From contig CM075989.1 of NCBI GenBank assembly GCA_038087875.1, positions 18,726,001 to 18,790,000 of the forward strand: 64,000 nt of DNA, read 5' to 3'. Below the pieces are notes generated by a model that was not told where the DNA came from, made no database searches, and saw only the letters and a list, made by a program, of their open reading frames with translations. The DNA is from Malacoraja senta (taxonomy: Eukaryota). The position numbers and the translations under genes are program-made. Positions 40,385-55,184 of this stretch are shown in pieces. Each line of letters starts with the position of its first letter. Position 1 is the stretch's first letter.

Positions 40385-40680
40385 CCGAAGGTAGACACAA
40401 CAACGCTGGAGTAACTCAGCGGGACAGGCAGCATCTCGGGAGAGAAGGAATGGGTGACGTTTTGGGCCGAGACAGTTAGGGAAAAGGGGAATGAGAGATA
40501 TAGACGGTGATGTAGAGAGATAAAGAACAACGAATGAAGGATGTGCAAAAAAGTAATGATGATAAAGGAAACTGGCCATTGTTAGCTGTTTGGGTGAAAA
40601 CTAGAAGCTGGTGCGACTAATGTGGGGGGAGGGACAGAGAGAGAGGGAATGCCAGGGTTACTAGACGTTAGAGAAATGAA
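40385..40680 (-). mobile_element. Penelope-like element 3' fragment
   Basis: Reverse complement of the 6719-7023 family sequence. Confidence 0.72.
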
Positions 40681-42368
40681 TAATCTTATCTGCCTGCAAG
40701 TGACCCACATCCCTCACTCCCTGCACATCCATGTACCTATTTAAAAGCCTCTGAAATGCCACCATCTTATCTGCCTCTATGACCACCATGGTAACACCCA
40801 CCATCCTCTGTGTAAAACAATACTTGTCCCGTACATCTCCTTTAAACTTTGCCTCTCTCACCTTAAAGCTATGCCGACTAGTCTTTGACACTTTCCAACA
40901 TGGGAGACAGGTTTTCACTGTCCACCCTACCGATGATTTTCATAATTTTTAGACACTTCTATCAGGTCTCCTCTCAACCTCTAGTTACCTCCACAACACA
41001 TGCACAGTGGCGTATTGGTAGAGTTGCTGCCTTACAGCACCAGAGGCCCGGGTTCGATCCTGACCATGGGTGCTGTCTGTACGGAGTTTGTTCATTAAAC
41101 ATTAAACTAAACCTTGATCTCCACAAACATTCCCTACTTTCTCCATTCCCATTCTTGTCTCTGCAGTTTAAAACATGCCAAATTTCCTCACGTTTCCAGT
41201 TCTGATGAGGTACCAGCAGATCTTAATTCTGGTCCATTCTTCACAGATGCTGCCCGAACTGTTTCTGACAGTTTCTAAATCTGGGGATGAAAGGGAGGCA
41301 TGGTTTTAGTGGCCCTACAACTGGCGCGAACCAGTTTCTGGCAACATTCCTTTGTGGGAGTGAGTGAGAATCCGGCCAGCCTACAGTAATTAAACTAATT
41401 GAAATACCACAACTAAGTGATGGGGGCAATTAAAAAAAAATCCAAAAAATAATATTCAGGTGCACTCTCAGTACATCGTTCAGGACTGGGAAGCAAAAAA
41501 TTAACTTTTCCTCATTGCTAACCTGATGCTCATCTCCCATTCTCCACGTGCTCTATTTCCCGTGTGTCCCCTCTTTCCCCTCCCCCCTGTTTCCTTCCAC
41601 TTATATTCCTCCCTCCAGCTTTACACTCCATTCCTCTTCTCTCCTTATCTAACACCCTTTTCACCTCCAGCCTTTACACTTACTCCACCCATCTTCCCAT
41701 CAAATCCTCCCCCACACCTGTATCCACCTATCACTTGCCAGGCATTGTCCTGCCCCCACCTTCCATTTCTTCCCCCTACTCCATCAGTCTGAAGAAGGGT
41801 TCCCGACCCAAAACGTCATCTGTCCATTTCCTCCACAGATGCTGCCTGACCCGCTGAGTTCCTCCAGCACTCTGTGGGGTTTTTTAAAGCAAGAATTGAA
41901 TATCCTTGCTTGCCTGGGATGGTTTAAGCTTTATTAAAGCTCTTCCATTTGCCTTTGAAAGCTTTACCAAAAAGCATTAGTCAAATATTTGTAAAGGAAA
42001 GATATGAGCAGAGAAAGTGGAATTGAGAAATGGGATTACAATGACAGCTTTGATGTGCAGATGGTATTGGAACAAACACACTGAAGCGAACGACCTCCTT
42101 CTGTGCTAAACTATCTCTGTGATAGATTCAAGCGGGCAAGTCTGAAAACTATAATGCCTTTCACATTAATGAGTGGCAGCTTAGCATAGATTTCATCAGC
42201 AAGATTTCTTCATCAATTCATTGCCTGGGCCCATTCTTTCTCGCTTTTCTAATCCCTGATGAAAATCTATGAAGAGTGCTCCTGGATTATTTGGATTATT
42301 TGCAAAAGGGCATGCCCCTTCTATGTGTATCACTGCAAATCAAACAAGGGTCTCGGATAATGCAGAAA

Positions 42369-42680
42369 GTTTAGTTTAATTTAGATACAGCGCGGGAAAT
42401 AGGCCTTTCTGCCCACCGAGTCCGCATCGACCAGCGATCCCCGCACGTTAACACCACCCTACACACACTAGGCACAATTTAACATTCGTACCAAGCCAAT
42501 TAAACCTACAAACCCGTACGTCTTTGGAGTGTGGGAGGAAACCGGAGATCTCGGAGAAAACCCACGCGGGTCACGGGGAGAATGTACAAACTCCGTACAG
42601 GCAGAACCCGTGGTCAGGATCGAACCCGAGTCTCCGGCGTTGTAGGGCAGCAACTCTACCGCTGCGCCACCGTGCCGCCC
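42369..42680 (-). mobile_element. HE1-like SINE, full length
   Basis: Intact A and B boxes and tail. Confidence 0.9.
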
Positions 42681-43134
42681 AAGTCTGTGGTCTTTTTACA
42701 CATCTTTCCTAATGAAAACAAAAAATGTAGGAATAATACAACAGATTTTGTAGATACTAAAGAAGCAAAGAATATGTGGTTTATGCTGAGACAGCATTTC
42801 TGGTGCTGGGGGAAATGGCTCCTGCTTCTATTTTTTATTGTGGTCGTATGCTCGTGGGACTGGATCCAAAAAAACTAAAAGAGAAGTCACCAAGCTTGGA
42901 ATACAGTGTCATGAGCAACAGTTGTTGGCTGCCTCCACTGTGGGTGTAGAATGGAACATATGTCGTGACTGATGAGTGAGTTTCCAGCCAGAAACACAAT
43001 ATCTTGAACTTGGATCGCAAAGCATTGAGAAAAAATGTTAAGCAATCTGGTTTTCACTTTGTCTGGAATATACCTGCCCAGCAGGTAAAAATCACGCCAA
43101 ACTCCAAATTAGATTGCGGGTATCTTCTCTGCTT

Positions 43135-43463
43135 TTAGTTTTAGAGATACAGCGCGGAAACAGGCCCTTCGGCCCACCGAGTCCACACTGACTAGCGATC
43201 CCCACACATTAACACTATCCTACACACACTGGGGACAATTTACATTTTGTACTCAGTCAATTAAACTACAAACCTGCACGTCTTTGGAGTGTGGGAGGAA
43301 ACTGAAGATCTCACGGGGAGACGCAACAAAAGCGTCATGGGCCGTGCAAGCAAGTCACGGGGAGAACGTGCAAACTCCGTGATTACAGCACCCGTAGTCA
43401 GGATCATACCCAGGTCGCGGGCGCTTTAAAGCTGCAACTCTACTGCTGCGCACCGTGCCGCCC
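43135..43463 (-). mobile_element. HE1-like SINE with an internal insertion/duplication
   Basis: Family consensus; tcacggggag duplicated around about 35 extra nt. Confidence 0.85.
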
Positions 43464-43678
43464 TGCGTGGTTGGTTATTTTTTTAATCAGACGTACATCA
43501 AGTGACCTTATTAATCATGAAACATCTAATTTTGCCCTTACTAGGCAAAAAAGGGCAAAAAAGGGCAAAAAATTAACTAAAATTAACTAAAAAATCAAAC
43601 TAAACCTGCTCGTGTCTGATGAGACTTGATTTGGTTTGCAGCAGAAATAGAGTTAGAACACTTTACAGTACTGACAGA

Positions 43679-44048
43679 CAGCCCAGCGGTATGAATATTC
43701 ATTTCTCTAACTTCATGTAACCCTTGCTTTCCCTCTCTCTCCATCCCTCCCTCACCCTAGTTCTCCGACTAGTTTCACTAGTTTCACTGTCCTCCTGATT
43801 AATGTTACTGTTTGTATGCCTCGTTGTCACCTTCCCCTCAGCCAACAATGAACCAATCTAGTTCCTTGACCATTCCCTGCTTTGATCTGCCCTTTTCACA
43901 CCTTACATTCTCTTTGTACCCTTCCATATCTCCAGTTTCCCTCTCCACTGAGTCTGAAGAAGGGTCTCGACCTGAAACGTCACCCATTCCTTCTCTCCAG
44001 AGATGCTGCCTGTCCCGCTGAGTTACTCCGGCATTCTGTGTCTATCTT
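43679..44048 (+). mobile_element. Penelope-like element 3' fragment
   Basis: QPSGMNIHFSNFM*, UTR, then ctgaagaagggtctcgacctgaaacgtc and the family tail. Confidence 0.75.
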
Positions 44049-45456
44049 AGAAAAAAGAATAGCTGTATCAATATGGACAAAATAACAATTGTATTTCTTC
44101 ACACTTTCCTTTCTGTGAAAATAAACCAACTATTAGCAAATCCACAGCTGTAGACGCAGGTGGATAGGGATCTGTTTTAAACTGATGGGGCCGTGGGTAG
44201 CCCTTGGACAGATAAACAATGAACCCAAAATAGATGTGACATTCAGAGAGTGCATCTGCAGTCGACTTTTAATTGAAGATTTGGAGATTTAGAATATCCG
44301 CTGACAAATAAATCAGATTTATTTCGAATTTTTTAATATCCAATTGGTTTGAAACCATTTAAACAGAAGAAACCATGACCTCGCTCAATGGTTAGTCCAC
44401 CTGCTCTGATATTTAATATCTGGCCAGTACACTTGCATTTGGCTTCACGCTTCATGTACATTCTTGGGAAATGAGCAATACTCAAACAAGTGATTTCCCA
44501 TTGTAATAATTCAAGGGGATTCTTAAATTATTTAAAAGTATAATCCATATCAGTGCTGCAAATTCAAGCAGATTTAGCTTCTTTCAGAGTTTAAAGATAC
44601 GGTGTGGAACAGGTCCTTCAGCTCACCGAGTCCACGCCGCCCAGCAATCACCTGTACACTAGTTCTATCCTACACACTGCGGACAACTCACAGAACCCGA
44701 TTAAACTACGAGCCTGCACGTTTTTGGAATGTGGGGGGAATCCAGAGCACCTGGAGAAAACCCGCATAGTCACAGGGAGAATGTTCAAACTCCGCACATA
44801 CAGCACCCTTAGTTGGGATCAAACCTGGGTCTCTGGCGCTATAAGGCAGCAACTCTGCCTCTGTGCTGCTCCCTGCATCTCTGGGATATATACCGTTACA
44901 TCCAAGGTAAGTCAGTGTTCTGTAGAGCAGAGCGGAAAACCCAGCGTGATGGAGGAACTCAGCCGGTCAGGCAGCACCCGTGGAGGGAATGCATAGACAG
45001 GTTGCAGGTTTATCAGACTGATGGAGTAGAGGGGAGAGAGTTGGAAAAGAGAGGTGGGGGAATTTTGTGACGAATAAAATTGACTTTGACTTTGACTTTA
45101 AGGTGAGGTAAAGCCTGGAAAGTGATAGGTGGATGATTGACAGATGGGTGGAGGTTGCCACTCTCCAAAACCTAACCTGCTGTTGTGCTTTGCAAACGGA
45201 TAACATGCCTGGCTGCGGAGGTGAAGTGCTACTCACCATTATCCAATGACAGGGCGGCACATAGAATAAGTAAGTAAGTAAGTAAGCTTGTTGGCCAAGT
45301 ATTCACATACAAGGAATTTGCGTTGGTGCTCCGCCCACAAGTAACAACATGACATACAGTGACAGTTACGAATGACTCAGAAAACACTAAACATTAATAA
45401 TAATAAAACATTAATGATAAAACACCATTGATCAAGCATGTGAACCAACAAAATAT

Positions 45457-45730
45457 TGCCTTACAGCACCTGAGACCCGGGTTCGATCCTGACCACGGGT
45501 GCTGTCTGCACGGAGTTTGTACGTTCTTCCCGTGACCGCGTGGGTTTTCTCCGAGATCTTCGGTTTCCTCCCACACTCCAAAGACATACAAGTTTGTAGG
45601 TTAATTGGCTTGGTATAAATGTAAGTTGTCCCTAGTGTGTGTCGGATGGTGTTAATATGCGGTGAGCTCTGGTCGGTGCGGACTCGGTGGGCCGAAGGGC
45701 CTGTATCTCTAAACTAAACTAAACTAAACT
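45457..45730 (+). mobile_element. HE1-like SINE
   Basis: Matches the family consensus. Confidence 0.87.
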
Positions 45731-48700
45731 TGAGCATAATTGTCTTCGAGAATCTGCCGTTGCAGAAAAATATGAAATCTGGATTACTGGAGAACAAATG
45801 AATGATACCATTGAGCCCACAAAGAGTTAACACATCGCCAACTGGGCAGGCAATCCCAAATAATTCCAATTTCAGACACAATAAATCTCAGGAGGAATAG
45901 TTTTCTGACTCAGTTATTCTGTTTCCAGATGGCTAAGCCAGTTAATCAATTTAACAATGAAAAGCATTAAAGCATTAAAATTAAAATAGGAAACACCATT
46001 TGGAGCTAAACTGGATCATGAGGTAGAGACACAAGGAACTGCAGATGCTGGTTTAACAAAAAAAGACCCAACGTGCTGGAGGAGTAAATCAGCAGGTCAG
46101 GTAGCATCTCTGGAGAACATGGAAAGGTGACGTTTCAGGTCGGGATTCTTTTTCAGATTCTGGGTTCAATCCTGACCTCCGATGCTGTCTGAGTGGAGTT
46201 TGCATGTTCTCCCTGAGACTGCATGTGCTTCCTCTGGGTGCTTCAGTTTCCTCCCCTAGCCCAAAGACATGCAGGTTTGTAGGTTAATTGGCCTTTGTAA
46301 ATTGTCCCTCGGTGTGTAGGGAGTGAATGGGAAAGTGGGATATACATAGACCTCATGCCAATGGGAGATTGATTGTTAGCTTGGATATGGTGGGCCAATT
46401 GGCCTGTTTCCATACTGTATCTCTAAATTAAGTTGGGTCCATCCATTCCATCCACAGTTCCTCCAGCACAAGATTATGTTTTGCTCATGATCCCAGCATC
46501 TGCATTTTCGTGTGTCTTAAATCTTTCTTCCGTCCAGCCTCCACAGGTGATTTTCTTTGGTTCTAACTTTCTGCACATAGAATTTATAGTTCTGATGAAT
46601 TATTTAGGGGAATCATCAGCAGCGTGTGTGAGAATGTTTTGTTATAGACGTGCAGTCTCTGGGTGAAACCACAAAGAGCTCTCGTTAGTGTGGAATGGAA
46701 GAAGAGATTAAATACGTCATTTGACGTAGCATTTGCAACCTAGTCACATATCTCTGATGAGACTCTTGTTTTAAGTAGACTATCCATCCAGTTTGGAGAC
46801 ATAAGGAACTGCAGGTGCTGGAATCTTGAGCAAATCACAAAGTGCTGGAGGAACTCCGCCGGTCAGGCAGCATCTGTGGAGGGAATGGACAGATGATATT
46901 TCAGACTTCCCAGCAGTCTGAAGAAAGATCCGGATCTGAAATGTGGTCTGTCCATTCCCTTCACTGATGCTGCCTGGTCTGCTCAGTTTTAGTTTGGTTT
47001 AGAGGTACAACGTGGAAACAGGCCCTTCGGCCCACCGAGTCCACGCCAACGCGAGTTCTATCCTACACAGACATTATGGGCTGAAGGGCCTGTTGTACAG
47101 TTCTATGTTCGATGAGCCCAGAGTGGGGCCAGTTGTAAAATTTCCCCATTGAATATTGATGAGTTGTTTTTCAGAACTATTTTGGTGGTACACTGCTGAG
47201 ATATATGAGTCGTTTGCTATTAATTTTTTGTTTCAAATTACGTTCGTCGTTGCCTTGCTGAAAAAGAATGAGATAATGCTGAGCATCATAACACTGATAT
47301 GTGTAGCCCACAACATAGCTCACCAATAAACCTTAAAATCTGAAATGCTGTTTTTTGTTCCGATATACTGCAGAGTAGCTGGGACATGTTGGCCGGTGTG
47401 GGCAAGCTGGGCCGAAGGGCAAGTTGCCAGGCTGTTTCACTCTATGACTCCATACGCAGATGAGGAAATAAGGATATGAAACATGAAGACTCAACAGGAG
47501 TGACCTCAATGACAAACCTGGACTCAATCACTCCATCACTTCACGACCTGAAGCAAGCTGTTTTTTCCAAATGTCACTCAACACTAGTTGAATCACCAAA
47601 GGTTGCGAGAAAGAGTGATGTTAGCACCAAAAAACACACTGCATATGCCATGAAAATCAATCATCTTTCGAAGCTTTCCAGAAAACCTTTATACTGTAAC
47701 CCTTTTACAATGTGACAGGTCAAACATTTTCCAGTTGAAACGTGTATTCAACAGAGTTGAATTTATACATTTCTGTCACCATCTTATGTACTGTCACAGA
47801 ACACAGAACATAGAACAGTACAGCACAGGACAGGCCCTTCGGTCCACAATGTCTTTTCTGAACATGATGGCAAGACAAACTCTCCTCTGCCTGCATGTAA
47901 TCCATTCCCCTCCATTCCCTGAATAGCCATGCACCTATTCAGAAGCCTCTTAAATGCCACTGTCGTATCTGCCTCCATCTCCACCACTGATACATGATCC
48001 CAGCTTGTGTCTTTCGATGAATTCAGTCAATCAAAGCGTCCACAATTGACTTACAAAAAAATAACTCTCCACCGACCCCTTTTTGTCACGGGGAGAGATA
48101 ATGAGAAACATCTTCATAGATCTCATCAGCCTCACTGCATTCAAAGGGAAGGTGACCTCAATGTGACACTGCCTCAGATAGATTTCTCCAGAAATAAGAG
48201 ACGGTAGCAAGTGATAGAGAAAGTCATCTGATGTCCCCATTTCTGTCAGACGCTGAAGCACTCGGTCAAAAATTTCCTAATGGATTGCTGGCGCGATGTG
48301 CAAACTCAAAAAGAAGTTAGTTTTGCTTCAGACTTATATTCTGAAGAAGAGTCACGACCCAAAACATCACCCATTCCTTCTCTCCAGAGATGCTGACTGT
48401 CCCGCTGAGTTACTCCAGCTTTTTGTGTCAATCTTCGGTTTAAACCAGCATCTGCAGTTCCTTCCTACACATTATTCTAAATATGTTTTTAATTTCTGGC
48501 AGTTAACTTTTTTACAAAGCAACTCTCACTTGGAGACACAAGAAACTGCAAATGCTGGAATCTTGCACAAAATGTGATGAGCAAAGCCAAGCGTGTTATA
48601 GGTGGAATGTGCAGGAAGGAACTGCAGATGCTGATTTACACTGAAGATGGACACAAAATGCTGGAGTATCTCAGCGGGACAGGCAGCATCTCTGGAGAGA

Positions 48701-51700
48701 AGGAATAGGTGACGATTCAGTTCAAGACCAAGCGTCGCAACCTGAAACATCACCCATTCCTTCTATCCAGAGGTGCTGCCTGTCCCGCTGAGTTACTCAA
48801 GTAATAGGTGGATACAGGCGAGGGGAGTGATTGCTCGATACTGTAGGTGGAGTAAGTGACAAAGGCTGGAGGTGAAAAGGAGACAAAATGGTGCAGGATA
48901 AGAAGAGAAGAGGAGGAGTGAAATGTAACGTCAGAGGGAGGGATATGGGACAGGGATGGGGGGAAAGGGGGATTACAGCGAAATATGGGACTCGGAAATG
49001 GGAGAAGAAGAACGGGGGGAAATTTCACAATAGCTTCTTAGATCAGTGGGCGTATGAAAGAGAAATTGTTCATGACCTGGACTGCCGATATTGTTCAGCT
49101 AAGTCCAGTTATATTAGATTGTACTGGGTCATTATACGTGCTTGCTTTATTACTTTCCATCCAGTTTGAAAACAACATTTATAAACTCTCTCATTAAATC
49201 TTTCCAAGAACATGAAGCTCATCAAGTCGTTTGAAGATTTGGCATATTTTCTCACCCTGTTGACTGAAGCTTTAATATGCAGCAATTTTCAAAGGGCTTG
49301 TAACCTTAAATATTATAGGTCAGAAGGTTAAACTATGCTTACAAAGAATATATCTTGCGTTTGAATACTGCATTAATTATGTTTGCTTTTGATGTCAGAT
49401 CAAAGACTAGGTTGCAGCAACCTAATGGTAATGAACACCCAAATATCCTGCTGGCACAGAGTATATCTCACCATGGTCATGCAGGCCCTTCGGCCCACCT
49501 TGTCCATGCTGACTAAGAAGCCCCATCTAAGCTAGTCCCCATTTGCCTGCATTTCATGTTCATAAGTGATAAGAGTCAAATTAGGCCATTCGGCCCATCA
49601 AGTCTACTCCGCCAATCATCATGGCTGATCTATCTCTCCCTCCTAACCCCTTTCACCTGCCTTCTCCTCATAACCCCTGACACAGTCTTAGACTTCAGAG
49701 ATACAGCGCGTAAACAGGCCCCTCGGCCCACCAAGTCCGCACTGACCAGCAAGCACCCCGTACACTCACTCTATAATACACACGAGGGACAATTTTACAA
49801 CTCACCAAAGCCAATCGATCTACAAACCTGTACGTCTTTGGAATGTGGGAGGGAACCGGAGCACCCGGAGAAAACCCACGTGGTCACAGGGCCATGTGAT
49901 GCCATTTTACCCAGGGTAAGGGAATCTAAAACCTGAGGGCAAAGGTTTAAGGTGAGAGGCGCAAGGTTTAATATGAACCTGAGGGGCAACTTTTTCACTC
50001 AGAGTATTGTGGGTATGTGGAACAAAGGAATGAAAGGTAGGCAAAATAAGTTACAGACAATGAAAGTCACCAGGACAACATTGAAACTAGTACAACAACT
50101 AGGATGAGGGAGTACGGAGAGAGAGGGGATGCAAGGGTTACTAGAAGTTAGAGAAATCGATATTCATACCGCTGGGTTGTACGGTGCTGCAGTATTCCAT
50201 TTGCGTTGCCACTACTAATTGTTTTTCTTTTCAGCCAAATGATTAAAGTATTAAAAGGGCAAATGAGAATATAGAGACTTTTAACATCAGGAAACCACAA
50301 CCTGAAAGAATCCACAGGATTTTTGAAAGTTAATTAGACGCAGACGTGAAGAGGAGGAATGTGCAAAGCTCAAGGGAACAAATGAGTGGTGTTACTAATT
50401 AGAGCATCTTATTCAGGCCCAAGTGGCTTCCCGGTAAGAGGCTATGATTTAATGTCCACGTGTCCTTTTCAAATTAATAATGACTCCATGAGCAAGGAAT
50501 GAACCATAACTTGAATGTGGATTAGAGGATTTCTGGCGGTTAGCTGATGGCTTCTTTTCATTGGTTTCGCATTCAGGACATCAGGAATTCCGGGAACATT
50601 GTATGTCGTCATGTTTGTGTTTTTTAGGTCACCTTAAAAATTGTGGGGTAATTGACTGAACTCCAGTGTTTTCATAGTCATAGAGTGATAGAGTGTGGAA
50701 AAAGGCCCACCCCGGCCAACATGTCCCAGTCCCAGCTACACTAGTCCCACCTGCTCGCGTTTGGCCCATATCCTTCCAAACCTGTCTTTTCCAGGAAGAT
50801 AATGAAGGTACCAACATACTGACAATGGGGACCGCCGTGAAGAGCAATGGACAATGGATGACCCGGCGTGGGGGGACTGTAGTGAAGGAGGGGGGGGTGG
50901 GAGAACAAATGGGGACTGGCGCGGCGGGGGGGGGGGATCTGTAACTTTGTAAGGGCCCTTTACGGGCGACTATTTGCATGCCTTGCAAGCAAAGAATGTC
51001 ACTATGACTTGTCACATGTGGCAATAAAAATATTCTATTCTATTTCCTTTGTATTTTATATCTGCGCTACTTTTTTTTGAGGCTATAAAGATGCTGGTTA
51101 GCACATTTATTAAAAATTAAGTTACATTTACCAACCATTGTTTTCCATCAATATAACGCCCATCTTCTGTTTTGATTTTGTGGCCAATCAACTTCTAATT
51201 TAATAAATGAATACTAAAAAGTATAGTTATTTTTCAACACGTGTTAAAAAATTAGATATTATAAAACTGATATGCGCAAAAAAAAATTGAGATGCCAGTA
51301 CAGCATGGCGTCTCAAAACAGAGACTGAGGAAGGGTGTCGACCTGAAACGTCACCCATTCCTTTTTCTCCAGAGATGCTGCCTGCCCCGCTGAGTTACTC
51401 CAGCACTTTGTGTTTATCTTCGTCTCAAGAAAGTATTGGTTTTCTCAGAGAAGTCCCTACTTTGTTCTGGGCTTTTCCTCCCTCCAGTTCCCCTCCCTCT
51501 ACCTTCAGTCTGAAGAAGGGTTCCGGCCCAAAACGTCACCTATTCCTTTTTCTCCAGCGATGCTGCCTGACCCGCTGAGTTACTCCAACCTTTCGGTATA
51601 AACCAGCCTCTGCAGTCCCTTTCTACACAGTTACTCCAGCACGTTGTGTCTATCTTCAGTATAAACCAGCATCTGCAGTCCCTTCCCTGCACAAATGTGT

Positions 51701-51844
51701 TGGTGTGGAGTTAGCTTCACCTTTATTTTAAGTGCAAAGATCATAGGAATTAAAGTGCGGTCATTGTGAGTGTGAATGAGTACAGATTCATCAGCAAGAG
51801 TGTCAGACCAACCTGCTCTTGATTTTGGTGTATTAACGTCGCAT

Positions 51845-52176
51845 GTGGGAGAGTCTAGGACTAGAGGGCACAGCCTCAGAATTAAAATACATTCTTTTAG
51901 GAAGGAGTTGAGGAGAAATTCTATCTCGTCAGAGGCTGGTGAACCTGTGGAATTCTTTGCCACAGAAGGCTGTGGAGGCAAAGTCAGTGGATAATTTTAA
52001 GGCAGAGATAGATAGATTCTTGATTAGTACGGGTTCAGAGGTTATGGGGAGAAGGCAGGAGAATGGGGTTAGGAGGGAGAGATAGATCAGCCATGGTTGA
52101 ATGGCGGAGTAGACTTGATGTGTCGAATGGCCTAATTCTGCTCCTATCACTTATGATCTTATGACTTACGATCTTA
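51845..52176 (+). mobile_element. CR1-clade LINE 3' fragment
   Basis: VGESRTRGHSLRIK plus a 3' UTR ending in (cttatga)n. Confidence 0.85.
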
Positions 52177-54429
52177 TGTACCAGGCAGTACTTTAGGGAC
52201 CAGCCCGGCCGAGCAGAGAGTGGGCCGTGTAGAACACCTTGGTGCTGCTAACGCACTTTGCACTGTTCGAGCTTCAGGTGTTCCACTGCCTCTATAAATA
52301 GCAAGCGCTTTACGCTTTAAATTTGCTGAATTTGTCTGCATTCTAAAAACTGCTGACAAAAGCCAGCAGACTTGGAAAGAGCTATTTCGGTACCACTACC
52401 AACGAGGATTGTGAAAGTCAAAAGGTGGGAAGCAAGCACAATCTTCCACAGTGACTGGTAAAGCGGACATTGATGGGTTCTTGATTAGTAAGGGCATCAA
52501 AGGTTACGGGGAGAAGGCAGGAGAATGGGGTTGACAGGGAAAAATAGATCGACCATGATCGAATGGGGATAGCAGATTTGATGGGCCGAAACGTCTTTTG
52601 TCCATTCCCTCCACAGATGCTGCTTGACCCACTGAGTTCCTCCAGCACTTTGTTTTTTGCCCATAAACATTTCATGTTACTCGATCATGAAATACTAAAT
52701 GTTTCACACCATACCAATTTCTGAACTGAAGCAAATCATATTTCTTTTTACCTCTAAGTCTTCTTTTCGAGTCCACACACAAGATCAGAAGTTGCTCAGC
52801 CAAAGCTGAACACACTTCTCGGCATCTGCACACAATGGTGTCTGTCTTGTGCTTCTTGTGCTTCTTGTGCTTCTTGTCGCTTCTTGTGCGTGGTGGTGGA
52901 AAGATTGGTGGAAACAGGGCCGCGACGTGAACAATCTTTCCTTGACCTGTAAGTAGGGTACACAGACTCTCTTACAACTGTGTCTTACACTTATCTTTCC
53001 CTAGATTGCCCTGGGTCCTTTCAGTCTATCCTTCAAAATCACAGATGTCTATAAAAAATCACTGCTATCCCTCTTTGCAATTTACCCTATCTCTCTAACC
53101 GAGTGCACCTTAGCATCGTTGATACTTATCTTCAATGCAAGTTTCTTAACAACAAATAGATTTGGAAGAAGAGAGATTTGGAAGGAAGGTCTCAACCTGA
53201 AACATTACCTATCCATGTTCTCCAGAGATGCTGCCTGACCCGCTGAGTTACTCCAGCACGCAACAGATATGTAAACACAAGTACATCTTAAACACCAGAA
53301 TAAACAACAAAAGAGAATTTCACTATGTAATTTCACAAATGATAACAGCGCAAAATCAAAAACAATGCTGCCAAGTCTATGTAGTGTGGAGCTTAGTTGG
53401 AGGTTGTGGTGTTTAATAGCCGGTTGGTTTTTGCGAAGCTGCTGCTCCTGAACATGGATGTCACAGTTTTCAGGCTCCTATATCTTTGGCAGGAGTGAAA
53501 TGAGAGCGTGGCCAGGGTGGTGTGGGTCTCTGATGATGCTGGCTGCTTTTTTCAGGCAGGCACTCCGGTAGACCCTATCAATAGTGGAGAGGTCAGTACT
53601 GATTATGATGTCATGGTATCGATGATTATTACTACTGCATTATTGTATATCTGTTGTATTATTGCATTAATGTGCCCGTAAAGATGCAACAAGTAAGAAT
53701 ATCATCAATCCATTGCCAGTACGTACGACATTCAAACTCTTTTGACTCTTGACAAAAAATTATCCATCACAGGAAAGTAATTCGTTTTTTACTTGCTATT
53801 GGGGAAGAAAGATGAGGTTGGAATTGGTTGCTGCATGAATTATTATTTATCATGTGAATATTTTCTGATTTTTGAACTTTCTGACCTTGCTTTCAACATG
53901 AAGCTGTCAGAAGTGTGAAGCAGAAATCAACCACAAACTGTTCATGTAGTCTGACTGTCTAATCATGAAATTCCTGCGTGCGACCTTAATCTACAAAATT
54001 CTGACCCTTAAGCTTGAATGCTGCGTTTAGAATCAAAGTGATTTTAGACAAGAGAGTCTAAAAAGGTGAATCAATAACCAACGGAATGAAGAAGGGTCTC
54101 AACCCGAAACGTCACCCATTCCTTCTCTCCAGAGATGCTGCCTGTCCCACTGAGTTACTCCAGCATTTGGTGTCGAGCAACAGAATGAAGTCAGCATCAC
54201 TCAATGGGGCAAAGAGAGACAAAGGTATTTTTGATAGAGCTGGAAGTATTAGTGAAAAGAACTTGGAGACTCAAAGAGGAAGAGGACCAGAAGAGTTGTC
54301 CTTTGAAACCTGTACTCACAGTTTACCTTGCTGACAGTAGGAAACATTTTAACTTAAAGGGCATACTTTGATTTACAGGCAGCGGCTAACAAATATGAGA
54401 TCAACAGTTCAAATTCACCTGTGTGTGTA

Positions 54430-54660
54430 TAGCCTCAGGTTCCCATTAAATATTTACCCCCCTGAACTTAAACCTATGTCCTTTGGTTCTCAATTCCTCG
54501 ACTCTGGGCAAATGGACTCTGTGCATTTACATAATCTATTCCTCTCATGATTTTGAACAGCTCTATAAGATCAGCCCACGTCCTCCTGCACTCCAAGGAA
54601 TAGAGACCCAGCCCGCTCAACCTCTCCCTCGACCTCAGTCCCTCGAGTCCTGGTAACACC
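54430..54660 (-). mobile_element. CR1-clade LINE fragment
   Basis: LPGLEGLRSRERLSGLGLYSLECRR. Confidence 0.82.
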
Positions 54661-55184
54661 CAATCCAACTGTCCTCCAGTTCTTCCCTGGATTTCCAAGG
54701 CGTTGATGGTGGGGGCTCAGTATTGATAATCCCATGAATGTCAGGGATAGGTGATGGGTGTCTTTACTGTTTGAGGTGATCGGTAGTTGGCACTCCAGGG
54801 GATGCGTGACAGAGAATGAAAATCATCCCATGCATCTAATGGAATAAATCTGTAGTCTTCAATAGAACGCCCCTCAAAATAACACCATCAGGGAAAACGA
54901 TGTGCGGAGCATGCCAACTGCAGCAGCCAGTGGCATATAATATACATAAATTTATCATTTTTACACCACGGTTAAAAAATTGGGTTGATTAAGCATTGTT
55001 CAAACAGATGCCATGAAACTATCGTTTCATTAATGGACTGCATATGAATGTGTAATCTTCCAATCTAAGTGGTTGTAAGCCCAGTTATATTATGTTGAGT
55101 GCTGCCCTCTTGTAATATTCAGTGCAGTAAATTATCATGTATTTCAGTTCTTTTATCACAGAATTTGCTTTGACTTGTGATGGG

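Noticed and set aside
42600..42680. tRNA-like A and B boxes (and similar heads elsewhere)
   Set aside because: These are SINE heads continuing into the SINE body, not cloverleaf tRNA genes.
46713..46728. Inverted CRE half-sites TACGTCA-TT-TGACGTA
   Set aside because: Isolated 7-bp arms with no supporting context.
52292..52301. CTATAAATAG (MEF2 or TATA-like)
   Set aside because: A single short motif with no downstream exon or other support; expected by chance in 64 kb.
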